Assembly (NCBI GenBank): GCA_040954595.2
Contig: CM082589.2
Span: 248,001-312,000 of the forward strand
Length of the DNA stretch: 64,000 nt
From: Balanoglossus misakiensis
Taxonomy: Eukaryota > Animalia > Hemichordata
Direction of reading: 5' to 3'
Numbering within the stretch: the first letter of the stretch is position 1; the number at the start of each line of letters is the position of its first letter. Position numbers and translations under genes: made by a program. This document shows, piece by piece, positions 12,150-26,008 of the stretch. Under the pieces are notes generated by a model, which was given only the letters and a program-made list of their open reading frames with translations, was not told the origin of the DNA and did no database searches.

Positions 12150-14669
12150 TCACACAAGTTCTCCACAGTCTGAAATGACAACTTTCTCCGTGGGTTTGCC
12201 AGACTTTGTCCCGACTGCCTCCATTTTCCGGACCAAATCCATTCCTTCAATAACTTTCCCAAAGACCACATGTTTTCCATCAAGCCTGAAACAAAAAAAT
12301 TAACATGAAAATACCTAAAATCTCTACCATGACAAGTAAACTATAAAATAGCCATATTACTGCAAATATTAACATAAATCAGAATAGTGGACGTACCAGT
12401 CTGTTTTCTCTGTTGTCAGGAAAAACTGAGAACCGTTTGTGTTTGCTCCTGAATTTGCCATGGAAAGTGTACCTAGAAGTCAGAGAGAGAGAGAGAGATT
12501 TCTGTCAGTTATAAAGCTCCAATACCAGTCACATCTGACATTTGTTTTGGTCCTTTGTTCTGTGTACATGGATTAACATTTGGTGATTGTACAAATAACT
12601 ACAGTATGATAAACTGTCCAGCAAAGTTGATAAGTGTATGACCATATATCCTAGTATGTCAACTTCAACAAGATGCCCCAAAAGTACAGAATTGTTGGCA
12701 AACTCACCTGCACCAGTGTGTTTGAGGACAAAATTCTCGTCTTCAAATTTCTTGCCATAAATAGACTTGCCCCCAGTACCATTGTGGTTTGTGAAATCAC
12801 CACCCTGACACATCTGTACAAAACACTGGTTAAGGATGTTGTACAGATAATGACAAACAGGAATTGTAGTTTTCTGGTCTCTGTACTTTGATTTTTGTAC
12901 ATTTAATGCAAAACCCACGAAGGTCTGCATATTCCAAACGTGTTCACAGTCCAGCTGCAACACAAACCAAACCTCAGCTACAATGATAGACAACCGTAAA
13001 GGATACAAACTGTGGAATGATTCGGTGAAACGATGAGCCTTTAAATCCAAAGCCTTTTTCATGTGTGCATAGACAGCGAAAATTTTCTGTAAAAGAATCA
13101 ATCATCAAATGTTAATTCTCTTGAAGAGAGGGAGAAAGAAGATCTACAATAATGGTAAGAGTTTGTCTGAATCCGACATTAATAGTTCTAGAAACAGAAT
13201 CACTTACCACTTGTCATTGGTACAACATCAGATCTCAACAACATAGTAATCCTACCAATGTTCTTGTTTCCTATTTTTATATCAAAATAAACTTGGGGAT
13301 TGACCTTTGACCTCTTTGCTGGGGGTCCTCCAGACTGAAAAAAATGAAATACACAAAAATAGTTATGTCAAATGAGATTCTTGCATGATCACATTTGGGT
13401 CAAAACCTTTTGTTTTCAATGGAGTGGGAGAATCTATTGACAAGGAAATGGGGAGGATAGGTTGGAATTTTCTCAAGATACCTCATCAGTTTCCTCTTTT
13501 CTTTTTGTTCCTGTCTCCCCTTCTTCATTCTCTTCGTCTTTCTCTTGGTCTTTAATAGTTGAACCAGCATGTTTCCTCAACCATGTGTCTTCTGACCAAA
13601 CTGTGATAGAGAATGCAACAAGTGTGTGAAGCGTAATGCAAGTTATCAAGTATAGGCATGTGATGCTATGAAGTTATCGTCCGATATCATCTCTTGGTTG
13701 GGTGTGAAATTCTACCATTTTGTCAGATCATCTTCACAAAACTTACCAGGTTTGTTGGCCCCTTCCTTTATCTTCATTGGTTTTGCTAAATTGACTCGAA
13801 TGGTTCTACCAAAGAGTTCTGAATCATTCTGAAAATATATGCATGTATATTAAACTTTCATCTTGTGTTGAAAAAGATATTTAGTTTCTGGTTATAACAA
13901 CTGACAGTCAAATTGTTTACAAATAAGGCATGCACTCGGTTTTATCCCATAATATTACCAAATCATTTGGCATCTGACGTCTTTGCCAGTCTGTTGGCTA
14001 ATCAACATATCATTGCTGTTCATCAATACAGGATTTGTTCCACACAATGGATGGACAAGACTACCTACCATGTTATCAATAGCAGCTGCAGAATCCTGCA
14101 AGAGAATAACAGGTATTTCATTAATGATAATTCAACTATGATGGCTATGATCTATGAAAGTGTTAACATCAGTCTGGACTACTTAACACTTACCTCGGCT
14201 GATTCAAACTCCACAAAAGCAAAGCCCCTGTGTTTCTCTGTTTCATAGTCCAATGGTATCTGGATATCAACCAGATCACCAAAGGGAATGAATGCTGCAT
14301 GTAAGACTTTCTCATCAACTTCCTCTGCAAGACCTCCTGTCATAGCAATCATAGAGAAACAGATCAATTAACTGTGAACCCCCAGGACAATACTAAGATC
14401 CAAAACCATGTTGTCCCACAAGTTTGACTATGCTTTGAGTTTGTTTGGGTACTGTCATCAATCTAACACGTGTTCTGATGGTATACTACCAGAGGTTAGC
14501 ATCACTGTCATGGTAACAAAAACTACTGTCTCTACCCTCAATTGGAAAACATATCAAACAGCATGTCCTTTCCCAGTAACCATGTAAACATCAAGGATAT
14601 ATACATATCTTAGATTGCGATATATTACAGATACTTACCAACGTAAATAATACGCTTGTTCGCGGCCAT
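12150..14669 (-). CDS. PPIE: Peptidyl-prolyl isomerase E (cyclophilin 33; RRM + cyclophilin), multi-exon
   Basis: [31 protein letters not shown]...[13 protein letters not shown], then [28 protein letters not shown]...LDGKHVVFG...DCGELV*. Confidence 0.96.
12482..12498 (+). repeat. (AG)n dinucleotide tract, serving as the pyrimidine tract of a PPIE acceptor on the minus strand
   Basis: agagagagagagagaga seen directly. Confidence 0.85.
12814..13006 (-). other. U12-type (minor spliceosome) GT-AG intron in PPIE
   Basis: 5' splice site GTATCCTTT, branch site TCCTTAAC just upstream of the 3' AG, no long pyrimidine tract; joins IPQF|MCQG in frame. Confidence 0.9.
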
Positions 14670-15792
14670 TTCTAAAGTGTAACCTTTGACCCAATCTGAG
14701 GGCGCTGCTTGTGTGACAGACCCACATGAATTTTTATCAAAATCACCACCGAGGGCGCTGTTTGATATTAATTTTATCTTAAAAGAATCATAATCCCAGA
14801 GAAAAATACTTTTTTTAATGTTTTAGAAGCCTTCTCAGTCGCATTATTACGGAGATAATCTAGCATGAGTTGTTTCCTACGCCCCTGTGATATGAATGGC
14901 ATCCTGTACTTGTAGGGCTTCTTATGGGTTGAACGTTGGGGTCCAAAACGTCCATGCAATGCACAAGAAGAGTGATGCATTTTTCACACCATTTTATTTC
15001 ATAGCATGAGAATTTCAGTATTACATGATCTGAATGTAGTTATAAAGACATGAAATCAAAGTATGTTCATAAAATAGCAATACATACATTTCATAATTAT
15101 ACATTTTCATCCCAAAACTGACCAGTGGGAATCCGAGTCAGACCAGGCTTCTCAGAGAAACTAAGACTATTTTACTGAGGTAGCTTAAAGAAAAAACCTT
15201 AACAACTCTTGTCAAATGCCAATAAGTTGGACTTATTAATCAAGAACTAAAACAGCTGTTCACAAAACTTACACCAATACAGTATTTCAGAGTATTCGTT
15301 GGCTGGTCCAAACAGTTTTGCCTAAAGATATGTTAAAATAACATTACACAATGGAGATACAGTGCCTAGTGAATAAATAAACCACATAATATGACCAATG
15401 TCGAGACACCAGGGCTTTCAAAGCTAAATCCATTGTTATCGTATTCAGGATTAACATAAGTAATGAGATTAGTTGATTTCCTCTAGTTTATAGTCTGTAG
15501 TGACATTATGACTAGATAATGGTATTTGCATTTACTTTCTTGATACCTACCCCATTAATTGCATCATTAACTTCGTAGTATTTCGTGCAAATCATAACAA
15601 CAACTTTGTTGCAGACTGTCAGTACACAAACCCTTGGTAAAACCAGACAACTTCTCTAAAACTGGTTCTGAAAAGCGTAAATGCCCTTTTAAATACAAAT
15701 GTTATAGGCACCATGGAAACCACTGTTACCATGACATCTATCACCGTAGCAATGCAGCGCAGGGTGTCTTTGCAGTGCAGAAGTCTTGAATG

Positions 15793-18700
15793 TTAAAAGA
15801 CATCAGGGCGCTCTGTGCCAAAATATCGATCGCCAAAGTTACCTGAAATTGAAGAAAAAAATATAATCAAATAAACAGGTTAAGTGCTTATCGTTGACAA
15901 GTGAATTTTAGTCTAGACTAAATGACATAGGTTGCAATGACAAGCTGAATACTAAGCTAGGCATGTCAACATTTTGTAGGGAGCAGAACAAGAAATCAAA
16001 ATGCAAAACATTTCAAATACTTCACGGGCATGAAACTTACCAATTCCTGGGACGATATGGAACTGTTCGTTGACTTCCCTGTCTAATGCTGATGTCACAA
16101 TCTTGACTTTAGGAAAAGCATATGCCACGGAATGCACTCCTGAAATAGAAGAAATACAAACCATTGCTGTTGTATTGCAAAAATATACAATTAGATAGAG
16201 TTTAACCAAATTTAATCACATATTTGTATAGTTACTGACTTAACTGAGTAAAACAGTCATCTCACCTGATTCTGCCATCAAAAGAGAACATAGTAAAATA
16301 TTCTCTTCCTCAACATCATGATCCTGTAAAGAGAACAGATTTACGTTAAGAACACTAAGATTGTTGTCCAGTTAAACTTCTTGGGAGAGTGGATATGTAA
16401 TGAGGAAACTACCCAGTGATACTGATACCTCCCCATTCTCATTTGATTGGTTTGACTAGTACACAGTTGAAAAACTATGGAATATGTTTCTATGGAAACC
16501 TACCAGGAGGACTCTAATCGCCATGATAGCAGCTGCTCCAGTTGCCACGGTAGCATCCATTAGAATCACATGATCAGTACTGATGTCCTTAGGAAGTCGT
16601 AAATAGTGCAACTGGAGAATTCAAAAATGCAAAAATTACAAAGTGAAGGATTGGTAATTCTTAGTATTCTTATTCTTTGCATCAACCATAGTTTCTTGTT
16701 CCCTGTTTCGTGCATTCAGAAACTGAGATACTCCCTAACATGGAAATAACAACTATCATTACTAGATTTACTCATTGAAATACTCACCTCTGGTTCTCCT
16801 GTGTCTAAGTTGGTCTGGATGAGTATTTTACCAAGTCGGATGTCTTTACATACTTCACACAAAGCTGGCTCCATGGTTTCACCAGCCCTCAATATGGATA
16901 CACCACATATCTACGCATAACAAAGCAACCATCAATGATGTAAGGGCTCAGTAGTCATGGCATACGTTCAGTCGTTCTTCATATTTCATTGTAACATAGT
17001 ATTTGTAGGTTGTATTGATACTCACTCTTGTACCACTGAATCGTTTCCCTTCATACGTTGTCCCCTGCGGAGTTTTCACAGAAACGGCCTGAAATTATAA
17101 TATATGAAATTATGAGACTTCGACTCTTTTTCAGTATTTTTAGTTTATGTATCAGCTGATGTTTCTTCTTATAAAACTCCCCCTGAAATTTGAACGACTG
17201 ACCTTGAATGGCAGTAGAGACAAAGCATGCTCGATCAGAATTCTCATCAATCTCTTAGAATAGAATATAAACTCATCTCTTGGAGTGTCCTTGTTTCTGT
17301 AAAATAAAACAAAATCATAGGGTCAAGATCATGCTAAATTAATGTATTTCACTGGTTATAAGTGATGAAAAACTTCATTGATTATCATCTAAACATATTC
17401 TGCTGTGTGTGTCATGATTGGTCAGGCTATGATCACATGTCAGTACCAAATATGAACTGCCAGTGCCTGGGAACATGAATATACTGTACCTGATAAAAGT
17501 ATGAAGTCCCTGGACTTGAGGAGTACTTTCCACACAATAGTAACTACTTGGTAATGGTTGCCCGTGGTGCACTTCAGCTAAATGTGCCCTGAAGTGAAAA
17601 AAAATAAACTTCACAGTGTTATTTACTCTCAAGACAATCTTTCCATTTATCGAGCTCATTCATGATTTTCTGAAGTGCTGAACAATTTATTCTGAAATGT
17701 TGCCATGGTTTCACTGAAGTGGTAAATGAAAATACTTACCTAAAATTGTAGCCTCTCTGTGATAAACAAAAAGAAAGGATAAACAAATTAGTTCTGACAG
17801 TGATATAACATGGCACACTAAAGTATCATGGGTGCAAATGCATGAACAGTAAACAAGCTGACTGTGGTTGATTTGGTCTGAAGTTTTAAAAAATGTGACT
17901 GTAAACAGCACTAACCTTTTCTAGTTCCCTATGTACATGTTGTACAATCAGACTCATGGCCACTTCATTCTCACCTCCTGCAAAAGACAACCATCACATC
18001 AACAAACATTTTCACTAACAGCAAATGTCACTTAGCACTGTGGAGACATGCTATCTTCATAAATACATACACATGAGAATACTCACCTCTGGGTACAACA
18101 ATATCTGCATATTGAATACTTGGTTCAATAAACTGTTCAAACGCTGGCTTGACAAATTTATTGTATTGTTTCAGTACACCAACTATGTCTCGTCCTCTTT
18201 CAGAAATGTCTCGTCGTAACCGTCTCACCAATCGAATGTCTGAATCAGTGTCAACGAAGACTTTCAGATCCATTAACTGGAAATACAAATATGGAATGGG
18301 TCAAGGGGTGAGAAGGTACCATGAACTCCCCTGGATATTTAAAGGTAAGCTACAGCTCTCTTTTTAGGAATATGTTCCAGTACATGTAGAAACCATCAAC
18401 TTTACTACCTACCTCTATGAGAGCTTTTCTTGCAAAGGATAATATTCCTTCAAAAATAATGACATTAGCACCATACATTGTTTTCTGTAAAAAGGACAAA
18501 ATAAAGATCACTAACTCAGAAAAATATTACTTACAGCCAATATCTATTACAACAATTGATGAGTTTGGACCATATAAATCACAAAATATTCCTAAGAACT
18601 TACTGTATCTTTCCTTCGTTTATGAGTAGTAAAATCATACACAGGAACCTCTACATGTTTAAGTTCTTTTAACTTCTTCAAAGTTGCTACCATCAAATCA

Positions 18701-20360
18701 AAATCAAATGAATCAGGATGATCAAAATTATATTCATTTGCAGCTGCCAACTTTTGCTCGTCCTCATTCAGAACCTAAAGAATAAATTGTAAAAAATACT
18801 TTGTACATGAGTTCTTAAATAATGCAAATCTACCAAACAAACTTTATACAACAACTGTATATATTTCCTTACCTTGTAGAATGAATCCATAGATAATATG
18901 GTCACCCATTGTACATTGAGAGCTTCAATGATTTTTCTTGCGACCGTAGTTTTGCCCGAAGCACTCCCACCACAAAGACCTGTAGGTTACAAACATAACA
19001 TTATTTGAAAATGGCTGATTCAGATCTTACCAATGTTTAATGTGTAACAACTTAAACATCACAGTGTTAGTTTACTTTTACTAGACCGCTACATTTTGGG
19101 CATTCGAGTGAAAGGGTCAACATCAGAGGGATCAGCTTACCGATAACAAAGGCTTCCTTTAATTCACCATGTTCATTATACCATGGAGGTCGACCTGGAA
19201 AGAAATGGAAAAAAATGAATGACTTGTGTACGCAGTCAAATTTTAAGAAAACATGAATTTCAGGCAACACCTATAACCACCTTCCCATAAATTATTTTGA
19301 GCCGATTTAAAAACCATATGCTGACACAGGACCAACATGTGAACCCAATCCTAGAAGATATTACAGAAGATCTGATACCTGCTGTGTAGATCGTTCTAGA
19401 ACTGACAGTTCGATAAACTCTGTCAGATTTGTCACTTGTAGATGCTGTTCGTTTTCTTCTGCCTTTCAACGGTGATGGTGGTGGCTTACTTTTGCCAACA
19501 TCAAATTCTTCACTGTTTCCACTGTAAAAAAAAAACCACACTCAGTGTTAGGAACCAAGACCAACATTAGGCCCTCCAGGTCTTAGTGACTCATGGAAAA
19601 TTATTTGTGTTGTGACAATTTATTCTACTTAAAACACATGCTCATGGGGTGGGGTCAGTTTATGAACAAAACTGTGCCCCAGGATAGAGCATGATGGGTA
19701 ATATTCTGGGGAATCCACAGAGGTTTCAACTGACTGGTGCATTATGGGACTTTCAGTGAATAAACACCAACTCTTCATTTTGTAGTTTGAGTAAGATTAA
19801 TCCATTTTGTCATGATCTGTACATGTGTACGTATCCCAGCAGGTTTAGAACAACACCCCTAATAAAAGTTAAGTTGCCAACCCCCCCCCCCCAAAAAAAA
19901 AAAAGAAATGTCCCTTAGTCCCTTGAAAACACGGGGTCACCCGGGGGTCAGGTTTTTCTTTTGGAACCGTCGACTTTGGTGAGTTTGTTTTTGAGACAAC
20001 AACCAAAATTTTAAAGTGTAACGAAGCAATTTATTTTGTAGGGTCTTGTCTCGACGATATTTACATTCAATGTTCAACCGTGCGATATCTCGTTGCACAT
20101 TCGTCGCACACGTGTTTGAGAGCATGCGCATGTAGTTCTTCCGAATGTACACACAGCAACGACACATGCTAGTTGACACGGCGTAACACTACTTGAGGTG
20201 CCAACAGCTGTTCGCACCCGCACTTATCCACTATAAAAAATTATTTAACGAACTGTCACTATTCTATAGTAATGGTGGAATGCTGACGCCACGATCGCGC
20301 TTACCTGCCGTCAGATATATCTGAACTGACAGAGCTTGGGAGATCCCCATCTGTAGCCAT
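15793..20360 (-). CDS. UCKL1: Uridine-cytidine kinase-like 1 (UCK + UPRTase-like domains), multi-exon
   Basis: [25 protein letters not shown]-loop, [50 protein letters not shown]; all exons GT-AG in frame, including a 17-nt microexon at 17740-17756. Confidence 0.95.
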
Positions 20361-21330
20361 GTTGATTTATTAAAACCTATCGGACTGATACTAGGCCGTT
20401 TGGTCGAAAACAATTATACTATGCTTTACGTTTCACTCATATTTAAACCCCCAAAAGTGTTTGAAAAAATGGATTGACCAAAATAGCAGATTTGATAGTG
20501 TTTTTATTGAATAAACGTCATGTTAATAAAAGTAATATACTGACGAATGTGGGGTTACAAACATAACAGCCTTGCACTGGTCTGGCCTGGTTTACTTCAG
20601 TGATGTACCAAGAGCACTTTCTTTTCGACACCTTGTTTTATTTTCGCCCTCAATAAATACTTTCATTTACTTACGTATAGTCCCGAACATAATAACCCCT
20701 TGTATTGATATTTAGGCAGAAATAGTGGTAGGCACAGGGGATCGTAGTTTACGTACTGGATAGCAAGTGATCACTATCTACAACCAGCGATCATGAATAT
20801 TAAACAGATGTTTATTAACCAATTATTAACTAACATACGCCATTTTGGTTTGCGCTGCATTGATAACCAGCACTACAGGTTCGTATTTTTAACAGTTTCT
20901 CGCCACACTTAACTCCACTCTGAGACGAAAATATGTCGAAGTCGAAGTTAGGTTTCTCGCAGCGAATTCCTTGTGAATTTCACACTTTTATACAAAGTGG
21001 TTATCGCTGGTTTTAAGCGAAATTTGCCAGGTAGAATGATTGTAATGTTATGTCGTCGATTTCTCGTTTGATTCTCATTAATAACGCTGAAATACCAGCA
21101 GTTAAAACAACTTTCTCTGACACTTAATTCCATATAACCAATTTTAACCACTTATAACGAATATGATCCCCGCCTTGTCAAACAAATACCTTTACTGGTC
21201 GGATATCAATAGTTAAGAGCAGACTTCTTTATTTCTTATATTTGCCTGTGCCACACTGATTATATCTACTGAGGGTTTAGACCAATTGGGCTTCTAGTAT
21301 TTCTTACAAATATTTTTCTTATGCAACAGA
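20361..21330. promoter_or_regulatory. Divergent CpG-rich promoter/5'UTR region between UCKL1 (-) and HMBOX1-like (+)
   Basis: Head-to-head genes ~1 kb apart; CpG enrichment from ~19930 to ~21200. Confidence 0.55.
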
Positions 21331-21360
21331 CTTGACTGATGTAAGATCCGCATCAAAATC

Positions 21361-23182
21361 ATGGAACCACGATATACAATGGAACAGGTGTACCTGTTAC
21401 GGAGACTCCGGAATAGTGGCATGACCAAGGATGAAATAATCCATGCATTGGATACCATGGAAAGACTAGACCAGGAATTTGAGGGAAGATATGGGGTCCT
21501 GAGACCAGCGTCCACTGGTAACCATAGCAACCAATCCATAAGACCCCCATCCACAGGTAGTCAGTCCACCAAACAAGACAATAGAAAATCCGGTAGTCAT
21601 GCCAACCTGCCAGATAGTAACTATGGCAACAACTGTAACACTGTCAACACAGGAAGTAGAAATACTGTCACAGAACCACAAAACCTGACTACCTATAGCG
21701 TTGCCGACACATTTAACAGCAATGCTGGGTTTGTCTGTCAGGATTCTGGGGCGTCTGCATTGAGGAATAACTGTGGGAACAGCAATGGTGGAAGAGATGG
21801 TAGCTGGGCCAATATGGCTGCCTCTGGTAACCATGACAACTCAATACAGACAGCTGAAGAAGACGAAGTTGGAGAATTAATAAGGTGATATATCAAGCCA
21901 TGATATCTTATTGGTTCTATTGAGAGAATTCCCTTGCATTAAATAAGCTGATATCCTATTCAATATCTGCCTATCTGATTCACATGATACTGTACAATGC
22001 ATATTGTGTTGTTTTGCACAGGAAAGGAACACTGGCTGTAAAAGAAGAAATCAAGGCATTTATGGCTGAAAGGAAGATTTCACAGTGTTATGTTTCACAG
22101 AAAACTGGAATCAGTCAGAGTTACATTTCACTGTTTCTAGTCCAAGGCATTGAAATGAAATCACATACACAGAGGCTGCTCTATCATTGGTACATTCATG
22201 AGAAGAAAGGAATCCCATTCAAACCAGGTAGAGTGAAACTTAAATAGTCTTGGTGGCAACATCTACAGGCATAAACCATCTTGCTGTGATAAATTTACAA
22301 CCACCTAGTCTAATAAGTAGCAATATGCTGCAAACTGTCAAAGTACTGACTGACTGCCTTTCCAAACATTTATCCATCTGCAGCATTATTCCTGGGATCC
22401 AAACCCCAGTCCAAGTCCAATCCAGAGGAGAATGTGGAAAACACAAGCAACTCATCATCCGGAGAAAGAGATAAGTCAGCACCTACTGGAAAGAAAAGAG
22501 AGCGTTTTGTATGGAAAGATGCCTGCATTCCCATTCTGGAAAAGTACTTCCAACAAAACCAATATCCGGATGATTATGAAAGGGAAGTGATTTCAGATGC
22601 TTGTAATTCAGTCATACAAATTCCTGGTAAGCTCTTTGTTTTAGTTACTAGGGAGTCATTACAGTAATTCAGTAATGTACCATACTTATCAGTGATTAAC
22701 CACTGTGACTGATTTTACTACAGGATATGAATTACCACCAGACAAGTTAGTAACACCGGTTAAAGTTTATAACTGGTTTTGCAACAAGAGAAAAGATCTT
22801 AAAAGAAGAAAGAATATCGGTAGGTTTAATTAAACTATAATGTATTTAATGGAATTGCTATATTTGGGATGTAAAGGGAAGATATGTATTGATATGTAAT
22901 CTTTGATTGTTTTGCTTTTCCATAGCTGAGATGGAAGCTGCATCAAACATGAATGAAATCAGAGCAAATAATTCAAGTTCACAGTCGACGAATATCAAGA
23001 GAGAAAGTGAAAGTCCACATGATTGCAGCATTGTATCAGAGAGAAGAAACAGTACAAGTCCCACCCAGGATCCAATGCAATTGGCTGTTGAAATGGCTGC
23101 TGTCAATCACTCCATATTAGCACTTGTCAATCAGCATGGGGAGGAGCTTGGCAATAACTCTTCACCTCAGATGAAATGTTAA
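21361..23182 (+). CDS. HMBOX1: HMBOX1-like HNF-class homeobox protein, 5 coding exons
   Basis: MEPRYTMEQVYLLRRLRNSGMTKDEIIHALDT N-terminus, POU-like domain (KEEIKAF...ISQSYIS), extended homeodomain RERFVWKDAC...KVYNWFCNKRK, C-terminal DPMQLAVEMAAVNHSILAL. Confidence 0.9.
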
Positions 23183-26008
23183 AATTGGCCATTTTAGCTT
23201 TGCTCTTTATGGCCTGAACCACTACAATTTTGGCTCCACCAAGAGAGTAAAAAGACTTTTTGTGATCAACCGTCAATCTTGACCTAACTTTTCTTTCCAT
23301 GGCCAGTTTCAATTATGGTAAATTAGTTTGTATTGACTAATTTGCATTTTACAAGCCACCTGCAAACGCCACCTGTCTTGTCGCGTGGACCACGCCCGTC
23401 TCTCCACCAACAATAGCGCCCTCATCCGACTTCAAAGTGACATTTATGAAGACACTCCACAGCCACGTCTAGGTGTATGCTCCTCGCTGCCAGTCTGCAG
23501 GGCAATTATCATTCGTCATTCGGAAATCTTTTTTATGTCTTGGTCACCAGTGGATGCCTGTCCGTCGTAAATCATACAGGTAAGTCATTGACCCTCGTGT
23601 AAAGTCAAATTTCATGCTGTTCCACTCGAATGTAGAATTTCTTCACGTAACAGGTGGTTATTTTCCGTCGATCCACTTCATGCCACGGAGGTTGAAAATC
23701 ATGCATGTGGAGATTCGCACCAACTCACCAGCGGAATTACGTTGGTAGCTCTTACCTACCTTACAATTCATTTCGTTCTGTGAATTCGACTTAGAAAGTT
23801 ATTGGCTGTGTTGGTATCTTGGTTCTAGTGGAAATAACTTGTTTTAATTACACATGTAATCTGGGATTTATCGGGTATCACCAGAATCTCTAGATCTTAT
23901 ATGGTCATTGACGTGAAAGTGTGCCCAAAATAACATTGGGAAAAAAGGGCTTATAAACCAACGTATAGGGAAAACCACTAGTCTCTTGGGAGAAAAAATA
24001 ACTCGCATGCGTTTTATAAAAGTAAACCTTTCCGCGGAACTTTTCAACAACTGACACAGACCGCAGTATTATGCATTTGAATATATAGATCTGTTGGGGT
24101 GTGTGTTGTATAGTTTTGGGTGGCATGGTTTGTTTAATCCACGTCGCAATTGTTCACGACTTGCCATTTTCTTAGTCTTTCCGACATTGTAATCGAGCGT
24201 TCACCTAGTTGTTATGTAACTGAGCAGCTCTCGTTTTATTGTTGCTTGATCCTTTTCTGAACGAAGAATGCCAGCGCCATTACTGCTGAGTGTTTTGGCA
24301 TTGACATGTAAAGGATTTGGCTGCAAAGTACAAAGAACCAAGCGAGAGTGTAGTGAATGTAAAAATACCCCAAGGGCGCGCGACACCGTAGGGTTAAATT
24401 CTCCCCTAAAACCGAGTTAGAAATTTAACTGTAAAATGGACTATACTTTGTGATTGGTCTCGAACAAATCAATTCAGCCTGCGGTAAAGCTGCAGAGAAA
24501 TTTGCAAGTCAACTTTTTGCATCCAATTTGTTTTTGTTTTTAAAGAAAATAAACTTGCTTCCGCGGAAATTTCAGTTGAACACTGCCAAAGTAAAGATAA
24601 AACTCCCCACTTTTTAAATTTTCCGTATTAATTAAATCGGTGCCTTGATGTCCTCGGGTTTGTACAATGAAACCGACGGGCGGAATTTCTTCAATGTTGT
24701 CATGTCGGAACTTCTTGCCTCTGGCGTTAAAAGCATCAGACAAACAACTAAATTTAGACAAAATCATGAATATTTATTGAAAGTTCCCACTAAAAGAACG
24801 TAACTATGAACCATAGTTGTCATTTTTATGGACATAAGAGCGTTGATATTTCAAATTCCACAACATGACGCGACTATCGACTTTCCATGTCAATGAATTC
24901 CCTTCACAGTGGGAATAAAACCAGTTGGATTCTTTTGTTAAATTATAAGGCTGCTTCTATTTTTCTAACACGCATTGTGTGTTCCATCGATGTTGTTGCT
25001 GAATGTTACGTATGCCAGTTGTGTACAGGCACCGACGACGTGGCATCAAATTCTCGGTTCTGTTTCTCCTCCACACGTAGATGAAACCCACGTCGCCAAT
25101 TAGACCATAATTTGTAACTATGACACCACTGTGACCTCTTGAGATTTGTCCTATTATCGCAGTCGATAACTTTTCAAAAGAAACTAACTTCGAACAGTTA
25201 CAGCTAGTACCTCATTAAAGGTGTGTTAGTTAATTCTATGAAGGGGGGGGGGGGTATGAATGAAGTCGGTCTCTTTGATGAAAATACTTGGTACTAAACA
25301 TGACTTCCTCGATCTAATTATTGGCGTTCAAAGTTATATAGTCCATTTTTGTTCAGGATGGTGTCAATATACTGTCGATTAGCAACTGATGTAGTATCGA
25401 ATAAAAAACTAGTTACTTTTTATAGCCTGTTTTCCGGTTCTATAGTAGTTGCGTGATCAATCACCATGGATACCCACGTGACCGAGGATCAAAACGACAG
25501 GGTTGGAGTCAACAGGTGTCGGTAAAAACATCTGCATCGTCGATAGCATTTCGGAAGACTTGCCAGAAGGTCTTTTTTGTGAGGATCCCGATAATAGATG
25601 CAGATATTGTGACCTGGATAAATCCGACTGGGTGTTTTTTTAGTAATCGCAAAATCGACGAGATAGCTCTACCAGACCATGGTCCATCTATCCGTGGCCA
25701 GACCCATCAGCACAATAAAGGTCGAATATAGCAGCCGACTGGTCAACGCGGGGATCTTCCACAGTCCGAAGTTCAATCATGTTGCAGGGCTATGAGGACA
25801 AACTATTTAACGACACAACTGCAGTTGCTTCAACTTCATATTTTTTCTTTAATTTTGCTTTCGTTTTTTGTTGTTGGCAGGCTTCGAAAATGGTCTGATG
25901 TTAAGCGCCCCTTCTTCTGTGTGTGTACCTGTCGACTTCAAGAGAGAAGCTTAAAATTACCCAGGGTACTGTGCTGTTTGCGCAAACCAAATTTGCAAAG
26001 AAACGACC

